This document shows, piece by piece, positions 24,632 through 38,472 of a stretch of DNA of 64,000 nt. Below the pieces are notes generated by a model. That model worked only from the letters and a program-made list of their open reading frames with translations. It was not told the origin of the DNA and ran no database searches. Made by a program: the position numbers and the translations under genes. Position 1 is the stretch's first letter. Each line of letters begins with the position of its first letter. Where the stretch lies: NCBI GenBank assembly GCA_051313645.2, contig JBNRSN020000004.1:336784001-336848000 (forward strand), read 5' to 3'. This DNA is from Centroscyllium fabricii (Eukaryota).

Positions 24632-24932
24632 AATTTTTCTTGTCCGGTATACGGTTGGTAATAAATCTAATCCAATCATGAGCTTCCTTCTTTTTGACAA
24701 TCTTTGCTCTGCAAACAATGGCTACTTTTAATGGGTGTTGGAATACTGCCAACTGGGGAACGCACCTGTTAGCTTTCCAAACTATGGAACAAAATGCAAA
24801 AACAAATCCAATGGCTTCTTTGCCCAATGTATCATTTAGATAGATAATAAAATCGCTTCAGGGGAGAGTTATGAAAAACTTCAAGCCAAATCTGACTTTC
24901 GTTAAACACTGCTAAATGACTTTCCACACGAA

Positions 24933-25123
24933 TAGAAATGTAGAAACATAGAAACTAGGAGCAGGAATAGGCCATTCGGCCCTTCGAGCCTGCTCCGCCA
25001 TTCAATGAGATCATGGCTGATCATCCAAACCCAGTATCTCGCCACTGCCCTCCCCCATATCCCTCGATCCCTATCGAGCCTGCATCGACACACATCCCAC
25101 TCTATCCCCGTAACCCCACATAT
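24933..25123 (-). mobile_element. HE1 SINE 3' fragment
   Basis: Matches 12409-12595 and 38473-38660. Confidence 0.8.
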
Positions 25124-25791
25124 GCAATAGTGGTTAACCTATCAGAATAGGTACATCTATCAGACACAGGAGAGAATGAGGCCCACATTTCCTTCGTGGA
25201 ATTCAGGCGAAAGAGAACGATGTTAAGCATTAACATTTAAAGAAAAAAATTAATTGGTGAAAATGTACTATCCTCAGGATTCATACAAGGAATCAAAGGC
25301 TGAAAGGCAAACAATGGAAAATGATATAAAGAAACCTTGTTAGTGCCTTTGTTAAAGGAAAGCTGGATGCAAATGGATTCTACCCAATTATTTTAAGGTG
25401 CACAGTTAATGAACTTTCCTTTCAGGTCCTTTAATGAGACCACCATTCCCTGTAGGAGCAGATGCTCAACGTGTGGCAGTTTCAGAATCATGCCGTTGTG
25501 TTATGGCAGCTGTCAGCTGACCCAGGAATGCCCCCTGACACCAGTCCAGGGAGAGTGTACCACTTTTTGCCAGAACCAATGCTACATTCTTATTGAGAAT
25601 TTAATTACATTATTCACTAAAAGGACAGTAAAACACTTGTGCGTGCCTGGGCCGACCCAGGGACCTTGCAGAGTGGAATGTGCTCGTAAGTTGCAGACTC
25701 AAGCTCAGAAGCACCCAGCGTTTAACTCTTGCATTGCATCTGTAACAAAGCTTGATATCTGGAGTATGATGTCTGTGAACACTCGGCAGAT

Positions 25792-26608
25792 GAGCTCGAT
25801 TTTGTCAATGGGGAGCTTTAGGAGGCGGGACTCCCACTTTTTGGGTTGTCGGCCCGCCTCCATCAACTTGTGGCCAACCCACGCTACTTTCCCTTGATTG
25901 GCTCAGCAGGCCAATTAAGGGACAGCTGGTTACTGGTGATGTCAGCGATTGACATTTCGTCTGTCAAGAGCTTTTGACAGATGAAAAATCAGCGTTTGAC
26001 AGCTCTGTGAAGCTGTCAAACACTGACAATCTCTCATCTAACTTGAGTCTTTCTACTCAGACTCAGTTAGAGATCTCTCCAGACCAGAAAGTAGAATGCT
26101 GCAGCTTTTGACAGTTCAGCGGCCATTCTGCTTTTTGTGCCTGTGAGCTGAGGGACTCCCGAGAACTGAAGGAAGACTGCAGGAGAAAGTAAAGGTAAGT
26201 AAAACTTATTAAAACACTTTACACTTACCTCACACACTTACCTCTGCACACATCACCCATCACTCACCTGCACAATGCACATCTCGACCCCTCCAACCCC
26301 TTCAGACCAACGGTCCACCTCGCTACCTTGGCGTGGTTTGGAGCCGTCGGACAGCTCACACTTCAGGGCTAAAAATAGGGATTAGGCAAAAAAATGCCTG
26401 TTAACTACCTGTTAACAGGCAGTTAATTGGCACGAATCCCGTTCCTGCCTCGGGGAGGCGGCTCCCAGCACAGGTCGGATACCCGCCTCCTGGAACATTG
26501 GCACAGGGGAGGGTTGGGGGCGGGATGGGTTACTGCCTCCTGATTCTGCAATTTTCCTACCACTCCTGCTTCCAAGCCCGCCTCCTCGGGGCTTGGAAAA
26601 TCAAGCCC
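25792..26608. mobile_element. Putative Harbinger-like non-autonomous element
   Basis: Imperfect TIR GAGCTCGATTTT / AAAATCAAGCCC; no clear TSD. Confidence 0.4.
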
Positions 26609-26666
26609 TTTGAATACGTTACCAGTCAATCTTCTATGGCAGTGCTTGTGGTAAATAGAATGATAT

Positions 26667-26908
26667 TGTGGCATTTCGACATCAGCGGATAAATGTCTGT
26701 GTATAGTTATTGCATGTAAATTCCCCTTTAATTCACAGTGTTCCCCTCCCCTTTAAGAGAGAGGGAAACAGACTGATGTCATGACGTCATAGCGCGTTTC
26801 GCGGGATTTTTCTTGTGAGAGTCATTTTAGGTTTGAACAGTAAAACCTGAATTTGAGTTACTCCTCATGTTGGCTGAATTATTCGCTAGGCGAGCACAGT
26901 CTCCTACA
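26667..26908 (+). mobile_element. Solo LTR (TGTGGCA...CCTACA family)
   Basis: 4-bp TSD ATAT; similar to the reverse complement of 24000-24255. Confidence 0.7.
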
Positions 26909-27574
26909 ATATGCTGGTTTACAATGATGAATATATAAAACTTTACTGCACAATATATCATTCTGCGGCTAAGGCAAAATTATGTTCTGCCCCTTAAAGG
27001 GCCAGAAAGTCTAATTGCTATAACTAAAACCTGAGGCCAGGAAAGGTTGAAGATTAAATTATGCTTGTCAGTTTCAGGCTGCTGCTCAGACACACTCAGC
27101 TTGTTAACACCTGCCCAAATTTTACGGTCAATGCCGAAGGGACGGCGCTTGCTGCTGACCTTGAAAAAAGCAGCCCACAAAGATTTAGCGGGCTGTGTGA
27201 CGTTGATTTCCCCTAATCCGATGCAGGTTCAATCTGGCACCATCTACAGGGGATCTGTGGGGTCCAGGAAAAGTGAAATCATCAAGCAGGCTGAGCAGCC
27301 TATCAAATTGAAGAATTCTCACAGGCAGCAAACCAGAAAGTAAAAAGCACTGATTATCATTCACTTTTTAGTCATTTTATAGAGAGCAAAATAAAGATTG
27401 GGACATACACATAGAATTAATGTAGAAGCTGAAATGTCATAAACAAAGATTTAAAAAATAAATGTTTATTATTTTAAAATTCAATGGAAATTTTAAAAAT
27501 GGAATGGAGGGAATGACACTCCACACATATACAATTAGTTTTTCAGGGCCAGAGAGGTTGTTCAGCAGTAAGTA

Positions 27575-28128
27575 CGCCACCATCTACAAGGCACAAGTCA
27601 GGAGTGTGATGGAATACTCTCCACTTGCCTGGATGAGTGCAGCTCCAACAACACTCAAGAAGCTCAACACCATTCAGGATAAAGCAGGCCGCTTGATTGG
27701 CACTCCATCCACCACCTCCAACATTCACTCCCTCCACCACCGGCGCACTGTGGCTGCAGTGTGTACCATCTACAAGATGCACTGCAGCAACTCGCCAAAG
27801 CTCCTTCAACAGCACCTTCCAAACCCGTGACCTCTACCACTTAGAAGGACAAGGGCAGCAGATGCATGGGAACAGCACCACCTACAAGTTCCCCTCCAAG
27901 CCACACACCATCCTGACCTGGACTTGTATCGCCGCTCCTTCACTGTCGCTGGGCCAAAATCCTGGAACTCCCTTCCTAACAACATTGTGGGTGTACCTGC
28001 ACCATATGGACTGCAGAGGTTCAAGAAGGCGGCTCACCACCATCTTCTCAAGGGCAATTAGGGATGGGCACTAAATGCAGGCCTAGCCAGCCAGCGATGC
28101 CCACATCCCATCAATGAATAAAAAAAAA
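27575..28128 (+). mobile_element. 5'-truncated LINE 3' end, same family as 13050-16432
   Basis: TIYKAQVRSVMEYSPLAW...LHHRRTVAAVCTIYKMH; ends AATAAA plus an A-run. Confidence 0.8.
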
Positions 28129-28732
28129 CGTCAGTTACACCTCACTCAATAGGGCTTAAATTTTTCAATACAGCAAGAATAGTGCGTAAAAAGTTGAAGT
28201 TCACATTAAATCACTGATTCTGTGTTAATTGCCTCTGTGAAGACTGCAACAGGCACCCTGTGGAGAAGCAGGGTATCACTGACAGTGACTTTCAGAATTC
28301 CACATTTAACTGTGCATGTGCGGATGCCAGCAGTTTCTGTCCGTTTTACACAGTAATGGTGGCAAACATTGACAGTTTCACTGTCATTACAACTGCAAAT
28401 TTTGGGCCAATGTTTTGCTTCTATATTAAAGCGTAATACCTGGAGTGTGATGCCAGGGTGTGCTGACATAGTATTTTAATACACTAATGGATAATTATAT
28501 ATAATAAGTTGATAAGATATTGATACTCCCTCCTACAGCGGTACAATGGGATTCAGAACTATGCAATGCTATGATACATGGTTCAGCATCAACTGGCTCC
28601 TGATCCATCACATTCGATAGCTCCTGGAGTCAGCTATGTCCATTCTGTTCTGTCTATGCAAGTTGTCGAATTGTTTTCAATATATAAATAGATAGTGTTT
28701 GAACATTTTGTGCAAAAAAGTAGCAGTAAGTA

Positions 28733-28952
28733 CAGGTTGAGCACCGTTAATCCGGCATGGGCGGGACCAGGCCCGTGCCGGGAAAGTGAAAATCCCGAGC
28801 GATTAAAGCTTCGGTGAGGGCATGCGCAGGCCATTCGCCGAAGCATCAATCGTGGCGGCCATTTTGCGTATGCACAGGGCAGCCAGGGAAATTATTGCTG
28901 GACGTTCGAAGCTGCCCGTTTTTCGGGTAGCAGATTAACGGTGTTGAACCTG
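28733..28952. mobile_element. Tc1/mariner (pogo/Tigger-like) MITE, 220 bp
   Basis: TA TSD on both sides; 20-bp TIR CAGGTTGAGCACCGTTAATC / GATTAACGGTGTTGAACCTG (2 mismatches). Confidence 0.85.
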
Positions 28953-29282
28953 TAACAGAATTTATAAAATCAAACTATTTCTTATTAGTTTCTGCGGAAT
29001 TTATCCCACTGTATACGTTGTAATAAATGCCACCGGATCCTTAACATTCCGAGATTAGAGCAGCTCCAGCTACCAACCATTATCCTGAATTTAATATGCA
29101 AACAGCAAGAGCTTTCCTCATTTAGCTGAGATGTAACTGGTCTTGGTTATGGCATCATGAATGCATTAGAATATGAATGAAACTGATGGCTGAGTAAACT
29201 CCTGCTGAGCCACTTTACAAAGCACTTACAAACTATGGGTACTGTAGAGCAGTGGTTCGGTTCCTGAACTAGCAATCTAGAG

Positions 29283-29380
29283 ATAACAACAGGAAACGCT
29301 GGAGAATCTCAACAGGCCAGGCAACATCGGTGGAGAGAGAAACAGAGTTAACGTTTCAGGTCGTTGACCTTTCTTCAGCA
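29283..29380 (-). repeat. Penelope-like repeat with an intact hammerhead core
   Basis: Minus strand CTGAAGA-A-AGGTC-AAC-GACCT-GAAA-C-GTT. Confidence 0.65.
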
Positions 29381-29739
29381 ATCTCGAGGCCTGGACTGAT
29401 AACCCAGGGAAAGGTTGGCCTCGTGCATATAGGGATCCCTTCCCAGTGACCCCACCAACTCTTGTGGGGTCAGCGCTGGTGGGTGCTGGTACGCGCAATC
29501 GCAGTGAAACCGCTGGGATTGTGGCCTGTCTGTTTCTGAGGTCCTAATTTCTGGCCCAATAATTATGGAGGCAGAAATCGAGGCTACTCCCAGTGACAGA
29601 GTCGCCTAATACTCCGGTCCCTGTTTAATGACTGGCAAAGTGCAGAATGAGGTAGTGGTGAGGACAGTAGCTCTTCCTGCCCATAAGACTGCATTGCCCA
29701 ATGATTCGAAGAACAAGCAGAAACCATAGATGTTCAAAA

Positions 29740-30170
29740 TACAAAGGAGGCAATTCGGCCCACTGTAGATAGTACAGAGACCAAAGTCATATATTGGATT
29801 GTTCTTTGCTGGAACAATCCAAAACTAATCCCAGTTTCTTCCCATAACCCTGTTTCTTCTTCTGATTCATATGCTTATCCAATTTTCCCTTAAAAGATAC
29901 AATCCTCTCTGCCTCAATCATTCTCTGTGGCAAAGCATTCCACACTCCAACCATCCTCTGTGTAATCAAATTTTCCTAACCTCTCTCTTCACTCTCACAG
30001 GGCCAATTTTAAATTGACGACCCCTCATCACTTACTCCTTAAACAGAGGAAATAGACTTCCCCTGTTCAATTCATCAAAATTCTTCATGACTTTAAAATC
30101 TGTATTAAATCTCCTCTTAGCCTTACCTGCTGCAGTGGAAAAGTCCCAGTATTTCGAGTCTCTCTAATTC
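29740..30170 (-). mobile_element. Old CR1 3' fragment
   Basis: TQRMVGVWNALPQRMIEA...FKGKLDKHM...GYG. Confidence 0.7.
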
Positions 30171-30621
30171 ATAGATCCCATTTCTGGAAGAACAGGAAGG
30201 AAACAAAGGTTCAGTAATAGCTTCAAAATCTTGCTAAAGATCTTACGATAGAACTCTTTATCTGCCCCTTGTGTAAGCTGCAAACTTAGCATCCTTAGAT
30301 ATGGGAAAGTTGATTGCTAAGTCCGCGCTATCGAGCTATAATAACAGCGGACTAGACTTCATGGTATGGAACCAAGAGATGTTTATTCAACCATTACAGA
30401 GTCTGGAACTGAGCATATCGCTCCACACCCGAACTTATATTCAACTGTGGTAGACCGCGGTATTGTAATATCCTGGCACTACATAAAGTAGTGCCCAGTA
30501 CAAACCCTTAAAGGTACATACACCACATTCCTCCCCTCTTAATTTATCTTTACGGTATAACATTTCAGGATACGAGGGAACTAACAATCAACTATTTATA
30601 TAATAATAAGATATGTACAAG

Positions 30622-33600
30622 TTACAGGTTCAGTCTTTGTGGGGGTCTGTGGTCTCTAGTTGGATACCGCCTTCTGACAGCCGGTGTGGAAGTGGTCCTT
30701 GATGACTCACAGTCCACATCTACCTCCAGTAGACATTCCTCAAGGGCCTCATATTCTGCTGTATTGTTGTGAGAGATTGTCTGTTCTGTTGACGCCGTGG
30801 TTTGGGGTAACTCCTTACTGGCTACCGTAGCCTTCACGATTTGGTCAGCGTGTCTTCGAATTTGCCCCTCTGGCGTGTCCACTGTGTATGATAATGGTCC
30901 TTGTCGATGACTGATTGTTCCAGCCTGCCATTTATCATGTCTATAGTCTCTGGCCAACACATCTTGACCCACGTCGAAGCTCCCGATTTCCCGGTCAGCA
31001 GCTTTCTGGAATATCTTGTTTTCTACATCACGTCTGATGTTAGGTTGTAACAGATCCAATCTGTTGCATAATCTCCTATTAAAAAATAAGACTGCAGGCG
31101 CTTGATTAGTTATTGCATGAGCAACATTACGGTATGCAAATAGAAAATGATCTATTTTGTCTTGTAAATCCAACTTTCCTCCCTCCGTGGCTTTTATGGC
31201 CTTTTTGAAAGTCTGGACGAACTTTTCGGCTAATCCATTAGTGGCTGGGTGATACGGCACCGATTTATAATGCCGTATTCCGTTCCTTTTCAAGAACACT
31301 TGAAACTCCTCAGACACAAATTGAGGTCTGTTGTCGGAACAAATTTGTTCCGGTATGCCATTTCTGGCGAACATGGTTCGGAGAACCGTGATTGTCTTCT
31401 CCGCTGTGGTGGAGGACATTTTTATTACCTCTGGCCATTTGGAAGGGCCATCCACTACCACCAGGAACATGGCATCCATAAATGGCCCCGCAAAGTCTAT
31501 ATTGATCCTTTGCCATGGAGATGATGGCCACTCCCAAGGGTCTAGGGGTGCCTGGGGCGTAGCATTCTGTACCATCTGGCAACCTGTATATTCTTTAGCC
31601 AATTGCTCGATGTCTTTATCGATTCTAGGCCACCACACGTATGCTCTGGCTAAGGACCTCATCTTGACCCCGCCCAAGTGTCCCTCATGTAAGTCAAGTA
31701 AAATTTGTTTGCGTAATTTGAGTGGGATCACCACATTAACGTGCCCCGGCAGACTGATAACTGGTCTTTCCCAGTAGCGTATTCTGGCCATAGATTGAGG
31801 TCCTCCCTGGACCATCCTTTGATCATGACGCTAAATTTTTTTGAAAGACAGGGGTCATTCCTAGTTTCCCTTTCTATTTGTTGGCTGGTAACAGGTAATT
31901 GTTCCACCACTGCCATGTGATATAGTTCTAGAGGATCTTGTTGTCCCACCTCTCCTGTTTCTGGCAGAGGTAACCGAGACAGGCCGTCCACATTCCCATG
32001 CCTCTTGGTTCCTTTGTGTTCTATGGTGTATTTGTGAGCACCTAAGAACAATGCCCATCTTTACAGCCTTTGAGCTGTCATCTGGGGTACCCCTTTTTCT
32101 GGGTGAAAGATGGAAACTAAGGGTTGGTGATCGGTTAATAACGTAAATCTTTGGCTGTGTAAGTAATGGTGAAACTTTTTCACCCCCCACACCAGGCTGA
32201 GTGCTTCTCGGTCAATCTGTGCATAACCTTTCTCTGCAGTGGTGAGAGATTTTGAAGCAAATGCTATTGGTCTTTCAGACCCATCGGGGCATTTGTGGGA
32301 TAGTACCGCACCAATGCCATACGGGGATGCATCGCATGCCAGTTTGATGGGTAGACTGGGGTAAAAATGAATCAGAACCTCTTTTGAGGTGATCATCTTT
32401 TTGCTTTTCAGGAAAGCTGCCTCACAGGTTTTCCCCCACTTCGAGGATGTTCCCGCCTGAAGTAGTGCATTCAATGGGTAAAGCACTGTTGACAAGTTGG
32501 GTAGGAACTTATGGTAATAATTAATGAGTCCCAAGAATGACCGTAACTGGGAAACGTTTTCTGGTTTTGGCGCATTTACAACAACCGCAATCATGTCTGG
32601 CGATTTATGTAGACCCTCACTATCTATTTTGTAGCCGCAGTATGAAATGCGGTCTTTGAAAAATTCGCACTTTTGTTTGTTGGCCCGCAGACCATATTCC
32701 TTTAATCTCTCTAATACCATTTCTAAATTGGCCAAATGTTCCCCATCCATTCTTCCCGTTAATAAAATGTCATCCAGGTAGCATTATGTCCCTGGAATAC
32801 CCTGCAATACCTGGTCCAAGGCCCTCTGCCATATGGCTGGAGCTGATACAATTCCAAAAACCATTCAGTTGTATTGATACAACCCTTTATGTGTATTGAT
32901 GGTCAGCAGCTTCCTGGAATCCTGCTCCACCTCCATTTGAAGGTACGCTTGTGAAAGGTCAATCTTATTGAAGCATTTCCCACCTGCTAAAGAAGCAAAA
33001 ATGTCTTCAATTCTTGGTAATGGGTACTGTGCAGCCTTTAAAACAGGATTAACGGTCATCTTGAAGTCCCCACAAATGCAAACTTTTTTCTGTTCCCCTT
33101 CCTTGATTGGCATTATTTTAATTACTGGTACGATGGGCGTTGCCCACTCGCTCCATTCAACCTTTGATAAAACCCCTTGTGCTTTCAAGGCCTCTAGCTC
33201 TGCCTCCACAGTCAGTCTTATGGCGTAAGGTACTGGCCATGCTTTAGCAAATATTGGGGTAGCCCCTTGTGTAATCATCACTCTCGTGTTAATATTTTTT
33301 AACTTCCCCAGGCCAGGTTGGAAAACCTCTGGGTTTTTCTCCAAAGTTGTGGTTAGTCTCCCAGTAACCGATGGTTTATCATCAGTCTTGCTCGAAATCA
33401 GAAGCTTGTTTATTGTACTCCAGTCGAGGTGGATCCTCCTGATCCATTCCTGTCCCAGGAGTGGTGCTCCACCATCCTTTAGGACACATAAGTCCAGTCC
33501 CTTTATTTGTTTGTCCATGTATTGGACTGTAATGGGCAGCCTCCCCATTGTTCGAAATTTTTGCCCAGTATATGCTTTTAGGATGATTGGGGATTCTTCG

Positions 33601-34908
33601 AGAGGCACCCCTCTGAATGCCTTCCTGTAAAATTTTTCGTTGATCACCGAGAGTGCTGACCCCATGTCTAATTCCATAGATATCTCCACCCTCGCAACCT
33701 TGAGGGGAAACCATATAACACTACGATCTGTGGAATTGCCCATGTTGTGGACCTTGAGACTTCCAAGACCCCACTCGTCTCTATTAGAGTTTTCCGATTA
33801 ATTTTCCGAACCATCTTCCACTAGTTTGTTTAGTTTCTTAGTTTTGGACTGTCTCTGTGGCATTTTAGATATCTTCCCAGATCTGCAAGCTGCCGCTATG
33901 TGGCCCATCTTGCCACACTGTCTGCAATCCTTGTCTTTAGCCCAACACCTACACCTCTTGCCAGAGCGGTAGCACTTTTTAGTGCGTGTTGTAATTTCAT
34001 GGGTTTCGTGGTAGATCCCATTGTTCCTAATCTCGGCTGCCCCTGCAGCAGCTGCCTCATGTGCCACGGCAGTTTCTAATGCCTGCTCTAGTGTGATCAT
34101 CCAAAATTTCACACACTAATCTGCCCCTTAAGTAGTTGGGCAGTTCATCCCCAAATGTACCATTCTTAGACAGTCTTCTGAGTTCCGTTATGTACTCTGA
34201 CTGTGACTCTTCTTTTTGTTGTTCTCTTTTAAAGAACTTGAAGCGTTCTGCTATAAATGGGGGTTTTGGGTTTAAATTCTCCCTTAAAACGTTTATAATC
34301 TCTTGCAGCTTTTTGTCCCCTGGCTTGTCTGGGGACACCAGGGTTCTTAACAACCCGTAAGTTTCAGGTCCCATTGCATTCAACAGCGTGTTTACTTTGT
34401 TGGCATCTGCTACTGTCTGTACTTTACAATAGATGTCAAAGCGTTCTAGATATGCCTCCCAGTCTTCCTTCTCTGGCTGGAAGACCCCACAATTGTTTAA
34501 TCTAGCATTGGTTATTATATTCTGAAACATTTTAAATGGCATCTTTTCCCGCCTTTTTCGCTTCTCTTCCGGCGCTTTCCCACCTAAAGATGGCATTTTC
34601 CCACCTTTCCGTTTCTCTTCTGGTGCTTCCCCGCCTAAAGATGGCGTTTTCCCGCCTTCCCGCTTCTCTTCCGGCACGTTTCCCGCCTCCAAAATGGCGT
34701 TCCCCGCCTTTTCTGTCCTTCGCCGCTGAGTTTTTGATTTCTCCCACGGTCTTTGGGAAGGATTGCGCTCCACCTGCACTCTGTCGTTTTCCTGCGGTTG
34801 GAGGTCCAACCCTGATCCTCGACAACCACCGTGTGTGACTGGCTCTGCCGCTCTGGATCTCCTCGGTCGACCCCGATGTGCGACTGCCGCTGCCGTTGTC
34901 CGTGTCAC
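30622..34908 (-). pseudogene. gag-pol: gag-pol broken by multiple stops and frameshifts
   Basis: Fragments: Gag (WEAYLERF, CRQCGKMGHIAAAC), protease (ELDMGS), RT (KIDLSQAYLQ), RNase H (CDASPYG), integrase (HEGHLG, IDFAGP, SDN, NGLAE). Confidence 0.88.
34533..34712. repeat. About 51-bp tandem repeat (about 3.5 copies) in the gag 5' region
   Basis: Recurring AAAGATGGC..TTTTCCC.CC....CG.TTCTCTTC.GG unit. Confidence 0.75.
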
Positions 34909-35790
34909 TCCGCCGACGTCTGATGTCCGACTGCTTCTGTCGATGTCCTGGCCCCACCTCGAGTCGACGTCCGATGTCCGACTGCCTTTGCTGGGCTAGG
35001 TCCTGTGCTCTGCGGCCTTCCTGCCATTGCTGAGCTGGGTACCCGATTCCTGCTGCCGATGCTCCCGTTAGCGATCTTCCCTGCGATGCTGGCGAGCTGG
35101 CTGTACTGAAGGTGCCATGACACTCCCGATTTTGGAGTGCTGGCTGTCTGTGTTCCCTCTGCATTACTGGAGAATCGCTGCTGCTCCCTCTTTTGGAGTG
35201 CAGGGTGTGTCGTAGTGGTCGATGGTCGACTGCGAGAACTGAAAACTTTTCATTCTTCTTATCAGCCAATTACACAGCTGTGGATTCGACCAACCTCGTC
35301 GCCATTGTTAAGTCCACGCTATCGAGCTATAATAACAGCAGACTAGACTTCATGGTATGGAACCAAGAGATGTTTATTCAACCATTACAGAGTCTGGAAC
35401 TGAGCATATCGCTCCACACCCGAACTTAAAAACAACTGTGGTAGACCGCGGTACTGCAATATCCTGACACTACATAAAGTAGTGCCCAGTACAAAACCTT
35501 AAAGGTACATACACCACATTGGTGCCGAAACATTAAACCAGATCAAACTTCAGGAAATTGCATGGATGTCCAAATTATCTCCTCGGAGCCTCATTTTAAT
35601 GTAGTTAACAAGCAAGTGTTTGTGCGCCAGTACAAATGCTGAACAGAAATGGGACGGTAAATAGATGGAAAACCAGCTTAACACCTCTCTGGCAGTTTCC
35701 CAATTGCCTATCTCCCCTTTGCACACATTGGTTGGCCGACTGATCAGCAAGCATGGTGGTTGTGCGGAAAGGTCATCGACCTGAAACATT

Positions 35791-36591
35791 CAGGGGAATT
35801 TTCCCGGTTCCATGAGGGTGGGTTTCCAGCGGGCCAGGGCCTAAAACCACAAAACTGTGGGCTCGCGACAACCCCCGCCAGATCCCCGCTGATTTGCACT
35901 TGTCTGCGGGCCTGTTTTCCCGCCCTGATTCTTTCCCGCCTGCAACCGGCAGGGTTAATCGTTGAGGTAATTAGGGGCCCTTAATTGACATGGGTAATCC
36001 CACTTTAAGGGCCCCTCACGATTTTAAAGAGCTTCCCACCCATTCCCCGCCATCCTGAAATCCCGCCGGTAAAAGCTAGCGGGATTACAGTTAGCTTGGT
36101 CACTTTCACCTTCATGGCATTGAAGGACTGACAGTACAATGCTTTCCAGGCCTTCAACACACTGGCGGTGTAACTGACTCCCTTTTCTGAAGACCATCTG
36201 TGGAGAAAACACTGAAAAGACTCACCTTGACAGATGATGAAATGCTTGGTCCCGAACTCTGAAAGATTTCCAGAGCATCCTTACGCCTGTCACTCAGCAC
36301 ACTTGGGCTTTGCAATTGGTTGCACTCCACTGTGATGTCACAGTGGACTGTTTCCATGGAAACTGACAACAGACATTTCCTAGAACTGTCCATCAAAGCT
36401 CTGGCTCCCAGCTGCAGCCTGTTGCTTTCTGAATCGATTCAGGCAATTGGAAGTGGCTCCCCGCACACGGGGAATTAATTGGTCACTTAAGCCAAATTTG
36501 CATGGGGTTCCCAGGCCCTTGGGCGGGCGGGCCAGAAACCCGACCCAACCAAAACCCGCCAAATTGCCGCACCTTCAGGAAAATCGCCACC
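35791..36591. mobile_element. Harbinger-like non-autonomous element inserted into a Penelope-type repeat
   Basis: 3-bp TSD ATT; imperfect TIR with an ATTTTCC/GGAAAAT core; flanks rejoin as GACCTGAAACATT-AACTCTGTTTCTCTCTCC. Confidence 0.65.
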
Positions 36592-37458
36592 ATTAACTCT
36601 GTTTCTCTCTCCACAGAAGCTGCCTGATCTGCTGAGTATTTCCTGCATTTTCTGCTTTTACCCTAACATGAATCATCAGCATGAATCATTCTGCGCTGGC
36701 TGCTGTATCCACTTTGTATCCACGGTTCAACAGTGACTTATAACTAAATCCTCCGACAAATTTCAAATACAGCCTGTACAACATTATTTGACCTGAGTAA
36801 TACAGTTTAAATATATGTTCATGAATATTTGAGTTGGAAGTGTAGAGTTTGTGCACTGCAGTATGTAATACAATATTTACATTACCAGTGTTGATTTCAT
36901 GCTGGTGTCAGCCCGCAGTAGCTCATTGCAACACAGTCAATCATTAGTTTCTATTGAGCTTTTATTAAGTTGGTACTAGTCTAGTTCTTTGCTTAATGGA
37001 ATTGCATGGAAAATCTGAAGTGCATGAAAATTTCGAGCTCCCTCTGGGAGTTCCAATGATGAATGGACAGTGTTGAGACAGTGTCGGTGATAGGGCTATA
37101 AAAGCTGATAAATGAAACCTGCTCATGCATCAGCACACTGACTGTATTCCAATCTTTTATATCTCATTCTTGCCATCAATGGCATCACAATAAAACTGAT
37201 CTGTGGCTTTTCCATTGTCCTTGTTTCAGACCTCAGTTCATCCCAGACAGATCACCAGGCTTTTCCGCACACATTACAGCCTTACACTTCCATAAAGTTA
37301 CTTTGTTATAATTGTTCGATTGGTTCCACACGTATTTAGGTGCCCCGACCATTACATTATTGTGATGGGATTTTAGACAGCTTCTACATGTTATGAGACC
37401 GTGCGATACATCGTGTACCTTTACTGAAGTTAAATTGATGATCAGGTATAGAACATAG

Positions 37459-38467
37459 TGTGGTAACCGTTATTACCACTGTAATAGTGAAGCACAATAT
37501 AAACCAGCATGTATAGCGGCTGGGTGCACTGTACATAGTTTTTGTATTACGACACTGTCGCAGGGTCAGGTCAGCCACACCTCTAACTCCTCCCCTCAGG
37601 TGAGTGCCTTATAGGTGGGGTCTGACCTGCCCCCATTCATTCTGTACCTGATGTCCGACCGGAGCGTAGCTCTTTTGTAAAGCTAATAAAAGCCGTGCAG
37701 TTCCCGGACGGGCGCGAGGACACAGTTTCCATCAGGGACCTAACGCCCGCCGGGAGCACCACAGCAGACCCCTGGTCAAGCCTCAGCCCGACAGCCACTA
37801 CCTACCGACCACTGGCCTATACACCATCCACAACCCACCGGATTTTGGCCTATGCACATACACACACCGGAGCCCCCGCCACTACCAGCCGAGGACCAAG
37901 AACCGGACGCCGCACCGCAGGCACAGCAGCAGCCGGAGGGCCCGGCCCCACCGCCACTACCGGCACCAGCATCGACACTACCGGCACCAGCGCCGCCGAC
38001 ACTCCCGGCACCAGCGCCGCCGACACTACCGGCACCAGCGCCGCCAAAACTGCAGGCACCGGCGCTGCTAACAGAGACCCGGCGGTCCTCAAGGCAGACG
38101 CGACCGCCGGAGAGACTTATTATGAACTGCTCTGTCCATTCACCCTGCCGGACTTAATTTTCAAAGAAGGGGTGAATGTGGTAACTGTTATTACCACTGT
38201 AATAGTGAAGCACAATATAAACCAGCATGTATAGCGGGTGGGTGCACTATACATAGTTTTTGTATTACGACACTGTCGCAGGGTCAGGTCAGCCACACCT
38301 CTAACTCCTCCCCTCAGGTGAGTGCCTTATAGGTGGGATCTGACCTGCCCCCATTCATTCTGCACCTGATGTTCGACCGGAGCGTAGCTCTTTTGTAAAG
38401 CTAATAAAAGCCTATAGTTAAGGTAACTACTCGTCTTTAGTATTATTGTATTATTGACGATACGTCA
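37459..38467 (+). mobile_element. Internally deleted Gypsy derivative (partial 5' LTR, integrase tail, PPT, 3' LTR)
   Basis: 5' LTR 37459-37694 stops just after AATAAAAGCC and joins VQFPDGREDTVSIRDL; 3' LTR at 38177-38467; TSD CATAG/CACAG. Confidence 0.88.
37960..38070 (+). repeat. 24-bp tandem repeat encoding PAPAPPTL
   Basis: CCGGCACCAGCGCCGCCGACACTA, about 4.5 copies. Confidence 0.85.
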
Positions 38468-38472
38468 CACAG

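Larger units (their letters stand above)
30315..35518 (-). mobile_element. Full-length degenerate Ty3/Gypsy (Mag-like) retrotransposon
   Basis: 213-bp LTRs at 35306-35518 (5') and 30315-30527 (3'); PBS TGGCGACGAG (tRNA-Ser-like) at 35304-35295; PPT at 30528-30540; TSD TTGAT/TTGGT (1 mismatch). Confidence 0.92.

Noticed and set aside
24630-24780. Second minus-strand exon candidate (acceptor TTGTTCCATAG); a similar one lies near 17205
   Set aside because: The acceptor is plausible, but there is no convincing branch point, donor or recognisable peptide
25409-25897. Cys-rich 162-aa ORF
   Set aside because: No recognisable domain, and its 3' end runs into a putative MITE
26998-28408. Possible further TIR element around the LINE fragment
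   Set aside because: The terminal match is too weak and no TSD could be identified
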